A stretch of 64,000 nt of DNA from a bacterium (GTDB lineage Bacteria > Patescibacteriota > Dojkabacteria > JAKAPS01 > JAJZLI01). Below, piece after piece: positions 19,792-32,096 of the stretch. The translations under genes and the position numbers were made by a program. Under the pieces are notes generated by a model. It had not been told where the DNA came from and searched no databases. It saw only the letters and a list, made by a program, of their open reading frames with translations. Location: positions 10,529 to 74,528 of the forward strand of contig JAJYFR010000002.1 in the NCBI GenBank assembly GCA_021785355.1. The letters run 5' to 3'. Position 1 is the first letter of the stretch. Each line of letters starts with the position of its first letter.

Positions 19792-20544
19792 ATGCTAAAA
19801 AAGATTTTTGTTATATTAATTTTTGTTATACTAACGACATCATTTAATTATGCTCAGACTGTATTTAAAGAATTTCCTAATATATATAAAAATATACATT
19901 CAGGAGATATCGTTTCTTTAGAAAATGGAAAAATAGTCCCATCTCAGAATATAAATGCAAATTCTGTTCTAGGTATAGAATCTAATAATATAATTAATGA
20001 TAGTAATAGCGTTATCCATGTCTTCTCTTCTGGAATTATAAATACCTATGTATCTAATATAAATGGAAATGTGAATAAAGGGGATCATATTACAACTTCT
20101 AGTCTTCCAGGAATAGCAAAAAAATTGAATTCTCAAGGATTAAGTATAGGTGAAGCTGTTCAAAGCTTTAATATTAATAAAGCCACAAGATATAAAAATA
20201 CAAATATATATATAGAGAAAATTCCTATATCTATTAATATAGAATATTTAAATCTTATTAATGGAGCTTCTAATATATATCCTTTTTCATACAATATAGG
20301 AAATACTCTGGGGGTAAAACAGATAAATATATTTCAGATAATCTCTGTACTTATAATTTTATTTATATCCATAATAATATCAGTTACAACTATAATTAAA
20401 AATGCTAGGGATACTGTAAAAAAAACTGCAAGAAACCCTTTAGCAAAAAAAGGAATATTAAATCATTTTTATTTTAAAATACTTATTGCTATGTCTATTT
20501 TCACATTAGGAATCATATTGGGATATCTAATAATAATATTTTAA
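19792..20544 (+). CDS. Secreted protein with a C-terminal TM anchor. Paralog of 28511..29302.
   Basis: Signal peptide and shared motifs VSNINGxxxKGDxIT.S..PG, RNPLxK and a terminal GYLIxIF TM, compared with 28511..29302. Confidence 0.5.
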   Translation: MLKKIFVILIFVILTTSFNYAQTVFKEFPNIYKNIHSGDIVSLENGKIVPSQNINANSVLGIESNNIINDSNSVIHVFSSGIINTYVSNINGNVNKGDHITTSSLPGIAKKLNSQGLSIGEAVQSFNINKATRYKNTNIYIEKIPISINIEYLNLINGASNIYPFSYNIGNTLGVKQINIFQIISVLIILFISIIISVTTIIKNARDTVKKTARNPLAKKGILNHFYFKILIAMSIFTLGIILGYLIIIF

Positions 20545-20801
20545 AAATTAATAAAAACTTCAGCTAAATCATCTTCAAATATAAGTATTCCATTTTTTAT
20601 TTCAATAGAAGTATCTGTTAAAAAATTTTCAACCCTATACCTTATCTCTTTTCCAGTTAACAATGTTATGAAATTTGTATGAGATTTCAATATATCAAAA
20701 TCTCCTAAAGAATTTTTAGAAGAAAAAGAATATACTTTCCCTGAGAATATCTCACCTGATAGAGAAAGTATTTTTAAAAAAAATAATTCTTTACTATCCA
20801 T
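20541..20801 (-). CDS. atpC: F-type ATP synthase epsilon subunit (beta-sandwich domain only).
   Basis: LKILSLSGEIFSGKVYSFSSKNSLGDFDILKSHTNFITLLTGKEIRY matches the epsilon N-terminal domain. At 86 aa it lacks the C-terminal helical hairpin. Confidence 0.65.
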   Translation of the reverse strand: MDSKELFFLKILSLSGEIFSGKVYSFSSKNSLGDFDILKSHTNFITLLTGKEIRYRVENFLTDTSIEIKNGILIFEDDLAEVFINF

Positions 20802-20803
20802 AT

Positions 20804-22978
<2,175 letters not shown>

Positions 22979-22982
<4 letters not shown>

Positions 22983-24391
22983 TTATTTTTCTCTGGTATT
23001 AAATACTTAACTAAAGAATCATTTAGATTATCTTTTGAAAAATCTTCAATATATTGAATTTCTTTAACCCTTTCTTTTATATAACTGATATCTTTTATAT
23101 TTAAATCTGGTAAATCGTAGAGAAGTAAAAGTGTTAAAAGAACTCTTTGTTCAAAAAATGTAAAAACCTCACCCATATTTTGAGTAAATAATTCTTGTAA
23201 TTTTTCTCCTAAATATATATCTTCCAGAACACTATCCGAAAGATTTGTGCCAAAATGAGAAAATTTTTCTGACTGAGTATATTTCACTAAAGCCAAATTA
23301 AGTTCATCTGCAATATCTTGCATATATTTACTCTGCACTCTTTTACCTATCCTGGATATAGATATAGAAGAATTAATAGCAGGCCTTCTTCCCTTAAGAA
23401 AAATATCTGTATCAAAAAATATTTGACCATCAGTTATTGATATTATATTAGTCTGTATATAACTAGATATATCATTCTCGTATGTAGATACTATTGGTAA
23501 AGCTGTCAGAGAACCTTTATGTTGTGACGTTATTCCTGCTCTCTCCAGTAACTGAGAATGTTGATAGAAAATATCAGATGGATAAGAATCTCTACCTGGA
23601 GGTGTATTTGAAAGTAAAGATAACTCTCTGTAACTTTTGGCATGCTCTAATAAATCATCGTATACTACAATGACATCTTTTTCTTTCTCCCAAAAATATT
23701 CTGCTATACTACACCCGACAAAAGGTGAGAGATATGATATTACAGGAAGAGAAGTTGAAGGAGAAACAACTACAGTTGTATATTCCATTGCCCCACTATC
23801 TTTTAAATAAGATATAATTGATTGAACATCATCTTTCTTCTTTCCTATAATTACATATACTACTAAAGATTTATCCTTTTGGTTTTTTATTATATCTAGA
23901 ACAAAAGATGTTTTTCCTGTTTTATTATCTCCCAGTATAGCCTCTCTTTGCCCTTTAGCTATTGGAATAAGAGTGTCTACTAATGAAAAACCTGTTTCAA
24001 TCTGAGACGTAATATCAGCTCTTTCCATTACACCAAAAGACTCATGAAAAATTTCTCTACTCTCTTCAAGATCAACTATATTCATAGAATCTAGAGGGTT
24101 TCCAAAAATATCTATAACTCTACCTAAAAGATTAAAACCTACAGAAACTTCAAATTTTGATTTATAAAAAAGAACTATTTCTCCTGATAATATACCCCTA
24201 TTCTCAAGTATTAAAATCAAAGCTTCATCCTCATATATTGACCTAACATAACCTATTGAATCAGATTCAAATATCAATATAGCTCCAACATTTAGATTTC
24301 TAAATCCTTTAACTTTTGCAGTAATACTGTTTATAGAAACAACTTTACCTATACTTGTACCTGTATGAAGAAGATCTTTAAATTTTATCAT
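22979..24391 (-). CDS. atpA: F-type ATP synthase alpha subunit.
   Basis: P-loop GDNKTGKTS. VYVIIGKKKDDV...YDDLLEHAKSYRELSLL matches alpha. Confidence 0.95.
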
Positions 24392-24866
24392 TATTAATTA
24401 TACTAATTATTTTATCTGTATTTGCATTTAAAACTGAATCAAAAGAATAATCTAGATACTTTGAAGAAGTTTCTAATATTATTCCTCCTCCTATTGAATC
24501 TTTAATTCTATATTTTAATAAAACATCTTTATCTATATTTTTTTGAAAATATTCTTTTAATTTAAATTTAAAACCTTCATCTATTTCTTTTGATAAAAAT
24601 ATTGTTATTATTTTTGCATTATTTTTTATATATAACAAAGAGTCTTTAATCTTATTCATTGACACTGAATTTTTAAATACATCTCCATATATATTCTCAA
24701 TAATACCTTTCAGTGTCATATCAATATTTAAAATATCTTCCCCTTCATCTTTTATTTTATCTTTCAAATTTAAATCTAATAAAGAATTTATATACTCCTC
24801 TATAGATATTAAAAATATTTCTAATTCTTCAAAATCTTTTATTTGATAAAACAAATTATAATCCAT
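24378..24866 (-). CDS. atpH: F-type ATP synthase delta (OSCP) subunit.
   Basis: C-terminal IKDSIGGGIILETSSKYLDYSFDSVL matches the delta consensus (LIGG...DgSv). Position upstream of alpha. Confidence 0.65.
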   Translation of the reverse strand: MDYNLFYQIKDFEELEIFLISIEEYINSLLDLNLKDKIKDEGEDILNIDMTLKGIIENIYGDVFKNSVSMNKIKDSLLYIKNNAKIITIFLSKEIDEGFKFKLKEYFQKNIDKDVLLKYRIKDSIGGGIILETSSKYLDYSFDSVLNANTDKIISIINNDKI

Positions 24867-25614
24867 CTTTGATTTCTTCTATATGTTTATTTAATACATC
24901 AAAGATATACTCTTCCTGATCTTTCAAGGATACAGACAAATTCAATACTTCTTTAACAACTTTATTAACAACTAATACAGCATCTTTATTTAAAGAATCT
25001 ATTATTTGCTGCCTTACTTTAGATGATTCATCCTTAATCTCATCAGTAAGAGAATTAAACTTAGATGTCTCCTCACTTACCATTTGACTTATCATAGATG
25101 TAGTTTTTTCTTCAATTTCTCTTAAATCTTTATCATATAGCTCTAAATTCATTTTTGAAAAATTAGATAAATTAGTTTGAGTTTTATCCGATATATCTTG
25201 AAATAAAATATTTAAAGAATGTTCAAAATTACTCAAGACTTTATCATAAATATTTTTAAAATCATTAGACTTATCATTAAATGAATTTATAGAAGTTTCA
25301 ATTTTAGAAGTAAAATCAGAATTAATAGCTTCAATATTTTTCTCTTTAATATTGATTGAATTTTCAATTTCTTTTAATTTTATTTCATATATTTTACGTA
25401 TATCATTTTCAAATTCTAAAGAAAGATTATCATACATTGTATTCATTTTATCTATTAGATTTTTTGATGACAAAGATAGTGATTTTTTTATATCCTGCTC
25501 CTCTTCTTTTAGGGAAGAATTTATAAAAGAATTATTTTTCTTTTTGAGAACAAAATATATAACCAGTAAAACTAGAAGAAAAAATAATAGTATATAAAGA
25601 TAATAATATAACAT
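24856..25614 (-). CDS. atpF: ATP synthase b-like stator subunit (single N-terminal TM plus a long coiled coil).
   Basis: Called from architecture and its position upstream of delta. At 252 aa it is longer than typical b subunits. Confidence 0.45.
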   Translation of the reverse strand: MLYYYLYILLFFLLVLLVIYFVLKKKNNSFINSSLKEEEQDIKKSLSLSSKNLIDKMNTMYDNLSLEFENDIRKIYEIKLKEIENSINIKEKNIEAINSDFTSKIETSINSFNDKSNDFKNIYDKVLSNFEHSLNILFQDISDKTQTNLSNFSKMNLELYDKDLREIEEKTTSMISQMVSEETSKFNSLTDEIKDESSKVRQQIIDSLNKDAVLVVNKVVKEVLNLSVSLKDQEEYIFDVLNKHIEEIKDGL

Positions 25615-25660
25615 AAATATATATAAATTATATTAACAATTTAGCATTTAAAAATTTTAT

Positions 25661-26464
25661 TTACAACAGAATATAAATAAAATATATAATAAAAAGTAAT
25701 ATATTGAATATGAATATATATAAATTAAGAGTTGTATGATCTAAAGCTAAAATAATAGCAGATATTATATATAAAACCAGATAATCTCTTATAAATCTTA
25801 AAATATTTTTAAATTTAGAATCATTCCTAATTTTTCTTACAAAGAACAAGAAAAGCATTGTCCCTAAAATAATTACAGATATTAAGATATTAATAGCACC
25901 AATTATAAATCCAGGAGTATCTATAGATCCAAATATATTATAATTAGTACTACTATTAGGATAATAAAAAATATTTATAGATTTTTTTATAACAATAGGA
26001 TACTCAGTATATGTTGTATCAAGAGCAATAACATTATACATTAAAGGTTTATTATAACTGGACTCCAAGAAAGCTATAGCTTCTCCATTCTTATTAGTAG
26101 GATTTTTAGGCTGAGTTATTATAAGCGAGTCTTTTTCCTGAGCAGATGAAAGTATAACTCTTTGATTAGATAAAGGATGATCTTTATTTGAAAAAACAAA
26201 AATCTTAACTTCTACCCTCTTTTTATAATACAAATTATTAGAAGAGAGTGATATTTTTGTGTTATTTGCTATTAAATTAGACCAATTCAATAAAAGAGGA
26301 GTATAACCTCCTACAGTTACACTACTTGCATTTATTGGTTTTACAAAAAATATAAATACTAATAGTAATAATATTACCTTTTTAAGAATCTGGAAACGAT
26401 TTGCCATAATAAAAAGATAAATAACAAAACTAATAAAAATATAAACCATAGAGGTAATACCCAA
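25661..26464 (-). CDS. Signal-peptide protein with a beta-rich ectodomain and 2-3 C-terminal TM helices. The probable true start is Met20 at ~26407 (MANRFQILKK...).
   Basis: It is not an ATP synthase a-subunit: there is a large soluble domain and no conserved Arg-containing helix. It is the first gene of the minus-strand surface-protein operon. Confidence 0.4.
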   Translation of the reverse strand: MGITSMVYIFISFVIYLFIMANRFQILKKVILLLLVFIFFVKPINASSVTVGGYTPLLLNWSNLIANNTKISLSSNNLYYKKRVEVKIFVFSNKDHPLSNQRVILSSAQEKDSLIITQPKNPTNKNGEAIAFLESSYNKPLMYNVIALDTTYTEYPIVIKKSINIFYYPNSSTNYNIFGSIDTPGFIIGAINILISVIILGTMLFLFFVRKIRNDSKFKNILRFIRDYLVLYIISAIILALDHTTLNLYIFIFNILLFIIYFIYILL

Positions 26465-27315
26465 AATGTGCTAGTACTTTGAGTTGTAGTTATTGTATTA
26501 TAACCATATGTTAGAATTAGTTTAGCAGTATACTGTCCTAAAAGAAGATTTGATGAATTCCAAGTAGTATTATATATCCTACTATTAACTCCCACTGGAA
26601 GTACTATATTTTTTTGAGGATTGAAAGCTATTGTCTGAATTTTATCTCCAAACATATTATAAATCTCAATAATACCTTGAGGCAATAAATGTACATTACC
26701 TGTATCTACAAATTGGGTTTGAAATTTAACAGGAGTTGAAAGATAAAAGAAATTATTAGCTGAAAATGATTTTATATATCCTGTCTCTTTAGCTAAACCG
26801 TTTATTCTGACTAGAAATAATGAACCTACTGCAGTATTTAGTAATACATTTCCTTGAGACACTCCATTATTAATTTTAGCAAAAACTCCAATAAAATATT
26901 CTCCAGGAAGTGCATTCGAAGAAGCAGATATATTAATGCTCAAATCTGTAGGCACATGAGGAGGTATTAGAGTATTACCATTAGTACTTAACGAAAGATC
27001 TGGATCATTTATATTTCCTACAAAAACTTTCTCAAATTTGGGTTGACCAAATTCATTTGCAGATACAAAATTAGCAAATATAGCACTTACATTTACAGCA
27101 CTATTACTATTATTATAAACCGTGATATCTTGTACTAAACTTTGACCTTTATTAATATTTACATCTGTTAGTATAGGAGAGACAGTTATACCGCCAACAC
27201 TTGCACCTTCTTTTGAAGAATTTGAGTTATTTATATTTCCTACAAAACTACTTTGAGCATAAAGAGGAGATGGCAGTATAAATAACAAAAGTAAAATTAA
27301 TAATATTTTTTTCAT
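26374..27315 (-). CDS. Cell-surface anchor protein with signal peptide, beta-rich ectodomain, single C-terminal TM and a basic tail (DUF916/DUF3324-like, CscA-like). Paralog of 31212..32096 and 33499..34371.
   Basis: GYIKSFSANNFFYLS...TGNVHLLPQGIIEIYNMFG...LILTYGYNT aligns with GFVKTFSTSNFFNFS...TGDIELAPQGFIIIKNLWG...LILNYGYGS in 31212..32096. C-terminal TM followed by SRFLKR. Confidence 0.5.
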   Translation of the reverse strand: MKKILLILLLLFILPSPLYAQSSFVGNINNSNSSKEGASVGGITVSPILTDVNINKGQSLVQDITVYNNSNSAVNVSAIFANFVSANEFGQPKFEKVFVGNINDPDLSLSTNGNTLIPPHVPTDLSINISASSNALPGEYFIGVFAKINNGVSQGNVLLNTAVGSLFLVRINGLAKETGYIKSFSANNFFYLSTPVKFQTQFVDTGNVHLLPQGIIEIYNMFGDKIQTIAFNPQKNIVLPVGVNSRIYNTTWNSSNLLLGQYTAKLILTYGYNTITTTQSTSTFWVLPLWFIFLLVLLFIFLLWQIVSRFLKR

Positions 27316-27326
27316 GCAATTTCATA

Positions 27327-28427
27327 TTAGAAGTTACCACTAGCTAGATATGTAACATTATCTGTATAGATACCGGCAGGCGTCACAACTGAAATAGCTG
27401 AAAGATAATTCACTTGTAAAGTAACTAAGTATATTGGTGAAGTTGTACTTGCAAGTAATGTAGGTGCAAGATTCAATCCTCCAACTGAATCACCTGTTCC
27501 ATTATATGGTGAAGCAACAGTAAGCGTTCCTACAACTCCTCCAGAACCAGCAGTTGAAGTTACTGCTGAATTTACTCCATATCCTTCTGTCCCTGCAGCA
27601 AGAGTTGCTGTTGCACTAGGAATAGTATGTGTTGCTAAAGAATTATATAAACCTGGATTAGTACCATTGCCTTGATCATATACAGTCACACTAGCACCTG
27701 ATCTAGCATTTGTTGATAAAGTAAGTGTTGTAGCAGGAGAAGAAGTATTAACTGATCCTATTTGCAAAACTCCAAAATTTGTAGCATTAGAAGACAATGC
27801 AAAAGTTATCTCAGGAGTTACTCTTGCTGTAACAGCAACTGTGCTATTAGATAATATAGGTACAGCTAAATATCCATCATCTGATGCAGAATCTGTAACA
27901 TCTATAACATATTCATTCACAGAAGTAGATGCATCAGGAGGATTAGTTGCAGTTATACCATTAATGACAATAGCATTTCCAGATGCAATTGCAGCTGTAG
28001 TTGTTATGACAACTTCAGTAAATGTATATCCTGAAAAATTAGAATCTGATACACCTGTAGTTACTACAAAATTCGTATTTGTAGCAACTGTAGTCCCTGC
28101 AGCCGTAACAGTTGCGCCTGAAGAAACAGCTACTGCAGAAAATCCTGTATTAGTCTGCCCACCTCCTACCGTAGAACCTGTTTGAAAATACACATTTATT
28201 GTAGATCCTGTACCAAGTGCAGTAGGTGCTGTATATGTAATTTTATGATTAACTCCTGTTGCAGATATAGATTCAGGACCATTTGTTCCTATACCTGAAG
28301 AAGATAATGTGTCAGATATTGGAGAAAGTGATGCTGCATTTAAACTAAAAAACTCTAAGAATGGAGATAGTGAAACCACTAAAACCATAGATAAAAATAA
28401 CATGAAAGCTTTTCTTGTTTTATACAT
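27327..28427 (-). CDS. Secreted surface protein. Its N-terminal beta-rich domain is shared with 29365..31209, and it carries the C-terminal WxL-like module.
   Basis: Signal peptide ...LNA|AS. INGITATNP block is shared with the 614-aa protein. C-terminus ...TPAGIYTDNVTYLASGNF. Confidence 0.5.
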   Translation of the reverse strand: MYKTRKAFMLFLSMVLVVSLSPFLEFFSLNAASLSPISDTLSSSGIGTNGPESISATGVNHKITYTAPTALGTGSTINVYFQTGSTVGGGQTNTGFSAVAVSSGATVTAAGTTVATNTNFVVTTGVSDSNFSGYTFTEVVITTTAAIASGNAIVINGITATNPPDASTSVNEYVIDVTDSASDDGYLAVPILSNSTVAVTARVTPEITFALSSNATNFGVLQIGSVNTSSPATTLTLSTNARSGASVTVYDQGNGTNPGLYNSLATHTIPSATATLAAGTEGYGVNSAVTSTAGSGGVVGTLTVASPYNGTGDSVGGLNLAPTLLASTTSPIYLVTLQVNYLSAISVVTPAGIYTDNVTYLASGNF

Positions 28428-28510
28428 ATGCGCACTAAATTAATAATATTAAAATCTATTACAAAAACTCTATATTAAATGAAATAATATGTCAATAGTT
28501 TTTTTAATAT

Positions 28511-29302
28511 TTAAAATATTAATATTAAATATCCTAATACTAAAGTTACCATAAAAATAAATATTAGGGATATAATAATAAAAACAAGATTTTTTTCTAT
28601 AGAATCTTTTGATAAAGGATTTCTAGATATACCCAATAAAGAGTGTTTTAAAGAGACACTAACTCCATATATAAGAGTAAATACACCAACTGATATTATT
28701 AAAATAGCTATAAGAGAGTTAAAAAAAGAAACATTTTTTCCAACAACTGCTTTACCAAATGAAAGTAATATTCCCGAAAAATTATTATTATATGTAAAAT
28801 ATGATATTCCTAAAAGAACAGGTATTTTTTCTACTAAAATTTGAACACTCTTCCCATTTTGAAAAATAGTTTTTTTATATAAAAAATGTGAGAATGAAAA
28901 ATTACTCAAAGCTTTTCCTAAAATTTTTCCACTCTGGGTATCTTTTTCCCCGACACCAGGGATAATAGAAGATGTTATATAATCCCCTTTTTTAATAACT
29001 CCATTAATATTTGAAACTAAAACATTAACAGTTCCAGAACTTACAACAGGAACATTGCCAGATATACCGGTTGTAATATTACTTTTATAATCAACTACAC
29101 CTACAAGATTATTATCATTCGGAGATGTAGTTGGATATACACCTAATACAATATTATTTCCTCCAACAGAAACTATTGAATTATTTGAAATATTTTTTAC
29201 TAATGGAGCAAAATATTGAGATATACTCTGAGCATAAAGAGAAGAAGATAGAAAAAATAATATAGTTAATATATAAAAACTGATTTTAAAAAATTTATAC
29301 AT
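28511..29302 (-). CDS. Secreted protein with a C-terminal TM anchor. Paralog of 19792..20544.
   Basis: Shared motifs VSNINGVIKKGDYITSS..PGVGEK, RNPLSK and the terminal TM ...LGYLILIF. Confidence 0.5.
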   Translation of the reverse strand: MYKFFKISFYILTILFFLSSSLYAQSISQYFAPLVKNISNNSIVSVGGNNIVLGVYPTTSPNDNNLVGVVDYKSNITTGISGNVPVVSSGTVNVLVSNINGVIKKGDYITSSIIPGVGEKDTQSGKILGKALSNFSFSHFLYKKTIFQNGKSVQILVEKIPVLLGISYFTYNNNFSGILLSFGKAVVGKNVSFFNSLIAILIISVGVFTLIYGVSVSLKHSLLGISRNPLSKDSIEKNLVFIIISLIFIFMVTLVLGYLILIF

Positions 29303-29330
29303 ATTATTATATTATTTGAAATCCCAATAA

Positions 29331-29358
29331 TTGACAATAACACAACCTATTATATAAT
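29331..29358 (+). promoter_or_regulatory. Sigma70-like promoter TTGACA-N16-TATAAT, ending 6 nt before the ATG of 29365..31209 (candidate leaderless transcript).
   Basis: Read directly from the sequence: ttgacaataacacaacctattatataattaaactATG. Confidence 0.35.
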
Positions 29359-29364
29359 TAAACT

Positions 29365-31209
29365 ATGAAAAAAATGTTTTCTCTGTTATTTATAATTTTT
29401 ATATTTTTTGTATTAGCATCTATATTTACTCTTAATGCAGCACGATCAACTCCCATAGAAGACATTATGAGTAATAACACAGTATCTGCACAAAGCAATA
29501 ATAACCTTCTTATTACAGCACAATCAGGTCTTCCAGCTAATGCATCTATTACAATAGTATTTCCATCTGCTTTTAGTTCTATTAATACATCTGCTGCGAC
29601 TATAAATCTTACAGGGGGAGCATTTAGTGTATCTGGAAATACTATAACTATAACAACAACTACACCTATAGAAGCTCCTGGATTTCAAATTAATATAAAT
29701 GGAATAACTGCTATAAATCCTGCAACCGCATCAAGTACAACTACTCAATATATTATAAATTTTTCAGATACAGCAGGAGATAGTGCAGGAATTGGTGTTG
29801 TTATAATTCCTTCATCAGGATATGGTTCTGGACCAGCTGGAGATAAATATGAGCAAGCTATTACAATAAATAGTACTAACACAAGTACTCTAACTAATTA
29901 CCAAGTTAAAGTAACTCTAAATACTCAAGCATTAATTACAGCAGGAGAGATGAGATCTGATTGTGCTGACATCAGATTTACAGATTCTTCTGGAAACCTA
30001 CTTCAATATTGGCTAGAAGGAGGATGTAATACATCTACAACTCAAATTTGGGTAAAAATACCTAGCATAACTGCATCTGCAAATACAATTATATATTTAT
30101 ATTATGGATCTCCTAATGCAGTATCTACAAGTAATGGAGGTGCGACTTTTAACTATTTTGACCAAGGAAATTCTATTTCTAATTGGGTTCAAGTAGGTTC
30201 TGCAGGACAAATCACATCTATAGGAGATCCTTCTCCTTCATATTATACTAACAGTATAAATGGAGATTATATGTATGAGAATATAGGGCTTACACCTAAT
30301 GAAGCTGTAATATTTAATGGGAATACAACTGTTCTTGGAGATTTTTATTTTCTTACAAATTCTACAGGGGCAGGACAGATGTATAGATTTGGAATTAGTG
30401 CTGGTTGGTTTGGTTTTGCAACAACAAATTCTTGGACATCATGGAATTCACCTGGAGGCTCAGGTCTTCTTTCGAATACTTGGTATAAATTTGAAATAGC
30501 AATTACTTCTTCTACTTCAGCATCTTTATATTACAAACAGACTACAGGAGACTCTCCTTTAATTAACGGTACTCTACTTTCTACAAATACAATTATTAAT
30601 GACGGAGGATATATTGGTCTAATAGGAGATGCCGCTGGAACAGGTATAACTTATTGGGATAATATTATTGTTCGACAATACTCTTCTCCAGAACCAACAA
30701 CAACTATCTCTTCTTCTGTTACTAATCTTAACAACAACCAAGTAGAATTAACATTGAATGTTACTCCATATATTACATTTGGAGTAAGTTCTAATAGTGT
30801 TAATTTAGGAATAGTCTCTTATATAAATCCTACTGTACAGAACAATACTCTTTCTCTTACAACAAATGCTACTAATGGTGCTAATATAACTGTACAAGAT
30901 CAATATGCTGGATTATATAATTCTCTTGCTTCATACACTATTCCATCTATAACAGAAACTCTTGCTTCCGGAATAGAAGGATATGGAATTAATGCAAATT
31001 CTTCAAATATGTCTATCTCTTTTCCTTTTAGTGGTACGGGAGATAGTATTGGAGGATTAAGTATCTCTCCTGCAGAAATACTTTCATATATCTCTACTCC
31101 TATTCAATCAGGAAGTGTTAATGTTAACTATATTGCATCAGCCTCCAATATTACTCCTACAGGAATATATTCTGACAACATTACCTTTATTGCTACTGGA
31201 AATTTCTAA
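29365..31209 (+). CDS. Large secreted surface protein: shared N-terminal domain, then DUF2341-like, LamG-like (concanavalin-type lectin), and the C-terminal WxL-like module.
   Basis: DIRFTDSSGNLLQYWLEGG...IWVKIPSITASANTIIYLYYGSP matches the DUF2341 consensus. A LamG-like region follows. C-terminus ...TPTGIYSDNITFIATGNF. Confidence 0.6.
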   Translation: MKKMFSLLFIIFIFFVLASIFTLNAARSTPIEDIMSNNTVSAQSNNNLLITAQSGLPANASITIVFPSAFSSINTSAATINLTGGAFSVSGNTITITTTTPIEAPGFQININGITAINPATASSTTTQYIINFSDTAGDSAGIGVVIIPSSGYGSGPAGDKYEQAITINSTNTSTLTNYQVKVTLNTQALITAGEMRSDCADIRFTDSSGNLLQYWLEGGCNTSTTQIWVKIPSITASANTIIYLYYGSPNAVSTSNGGATFNYFDQGNSISNWVQVGSAGQITSIGDPSPSYYTNSINGDYMYENIGLTPNEAVIFNGNTTVLGDFYFLTNSTGAGQMYRFGISAGWFGFATTNSWTSWNSPGGSGLLSNTWYKFEIAITSSTSASLYYKQTTGDSPLINGTLLSTNTIINDGGYIGLIGDAAGTGITYWDNIIVRQYSSPEPTTTISSSVTNLNNNQVELTLNVTPYITFGVSSNSVNLGIVSYINPTVQNNTLSLTTNATNGANITVQDQYAGLYNSLASYTIPSITETLASGIEGYGINANSSNMSISFPFSGTGDSIGGLSISPAEILSYISTPIQSGSVNVNYIASASNITPTGIYSDNITFIATGNF

Positions 31210-31211
31210 AA

Positions 31212-32096
31212 ATGAAAAAATTAATACCTATTATAGTCTTTCTAATTATACTTATACCTCAAAGAATATTTGCCTCTACTAACTATAATACTCTTACCCT
31301 CACTCCTACTCTTACAAGAATTTCTTTATCAAGAGGAGATATATACAAAGGAAAAATCAAAATAATAAATAATTCTGTAAAAACAGCATATATAAGTGTA
31401 GGAATAGTAGGATTTAGACAAAATGGAAATAGTAATACCCCCTTATTTTCAAAAAAAATTAATAATAAATCTCAGGCAATTCATTGGGTACATATAAAAA
31501 ATATACAAAGCATAAAAGGGAATACAAACTTAGAATTAAAATATATTATAAATATACCTACCAATGCATCTTCAGGTGGACATTATATAGCAATAATAAT
31601 AAATAAAAGGATAGGAAATACCAATATTGAAGAATCTTTAAGATCACTAATTATTATAGATATTAAAGGTAAAATGAAAATCTCAGGATTTGTAAAAACA
31701 TTTTCTACATCAAATTTTTTTAATTTTTCAAATAAAATAGTATTTAATATAAATTTTGAAAATACAGGAGATATAGAACTTGCTCCTCAAGGTTTTATAA
31801 TAATAAAAAATTTATGGGGAGGTGTTGTAAAAATTATACCTATAAATCCAACAGGTTCTTTAGATCTATCTCATTCTCAAAGAAAATATCAAAACATATG
31901 GAATAATAAAGGATTTTTATATGACAGCGGAATATATAATGCACAATTGATACTTAATTATGGATATGGAAGTACTTTTTATAATATAAATAAAAATATA
32001 AAATTTTACATAATTAATCCTTTGTATGTAATTATATTATTAGGTATAATAATATTTATATATATAATAATAAAAAAGAAATGGGGAAAAAAATAA
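31212..32096 (+). CDS. Cell-surface anchor protein (DUF916/DUF3324-like, CscA-like). Paralog of 26374..27315.
   Basis: Signal peptide, beta-rich ectodomain and a C-terminal TM followed by KKKWGKK. Alignment with 26374..27315 as given for that feature. Confidence 0.5.
   Translation: MKKLIPIIVFLIILIPQRIFASTNYNTLTLTPTLTRISLSRGDIYKGKIKIINNSVKTAYISVGIVGFRQNGNSNTPLFSKKINNKSQAIHWVHIKNIQSIKGNTNLELKYIINIPTNASSGGHYIAIIINKRIGNTNIEESLRSLIIIDIKGKMKISGFVKTFSTSNFFNFSNKIVFNINFENTGDIELAPQGFIIIKNLWGGVVKIIPINPTGSLDLSHSQRKYQNIWNNKGFLYDSGIYNAQLILNYGYGSTFYNINKNIKFYIINPLYVIILLGIIIFIYIIIKKKWGKK

Noticed and set aside
25661-26464. Possible atpB (ATP synthase a-subunit), given its position immediately upstream of the b-like gene.
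   Set aside because: It has a cleavable-looking signal peptide and a ~150-aa soluble beta-rich domain, with only 2-3 C-terminal helices. It has no five-helix bundle and no conserved Arg-containing helix.
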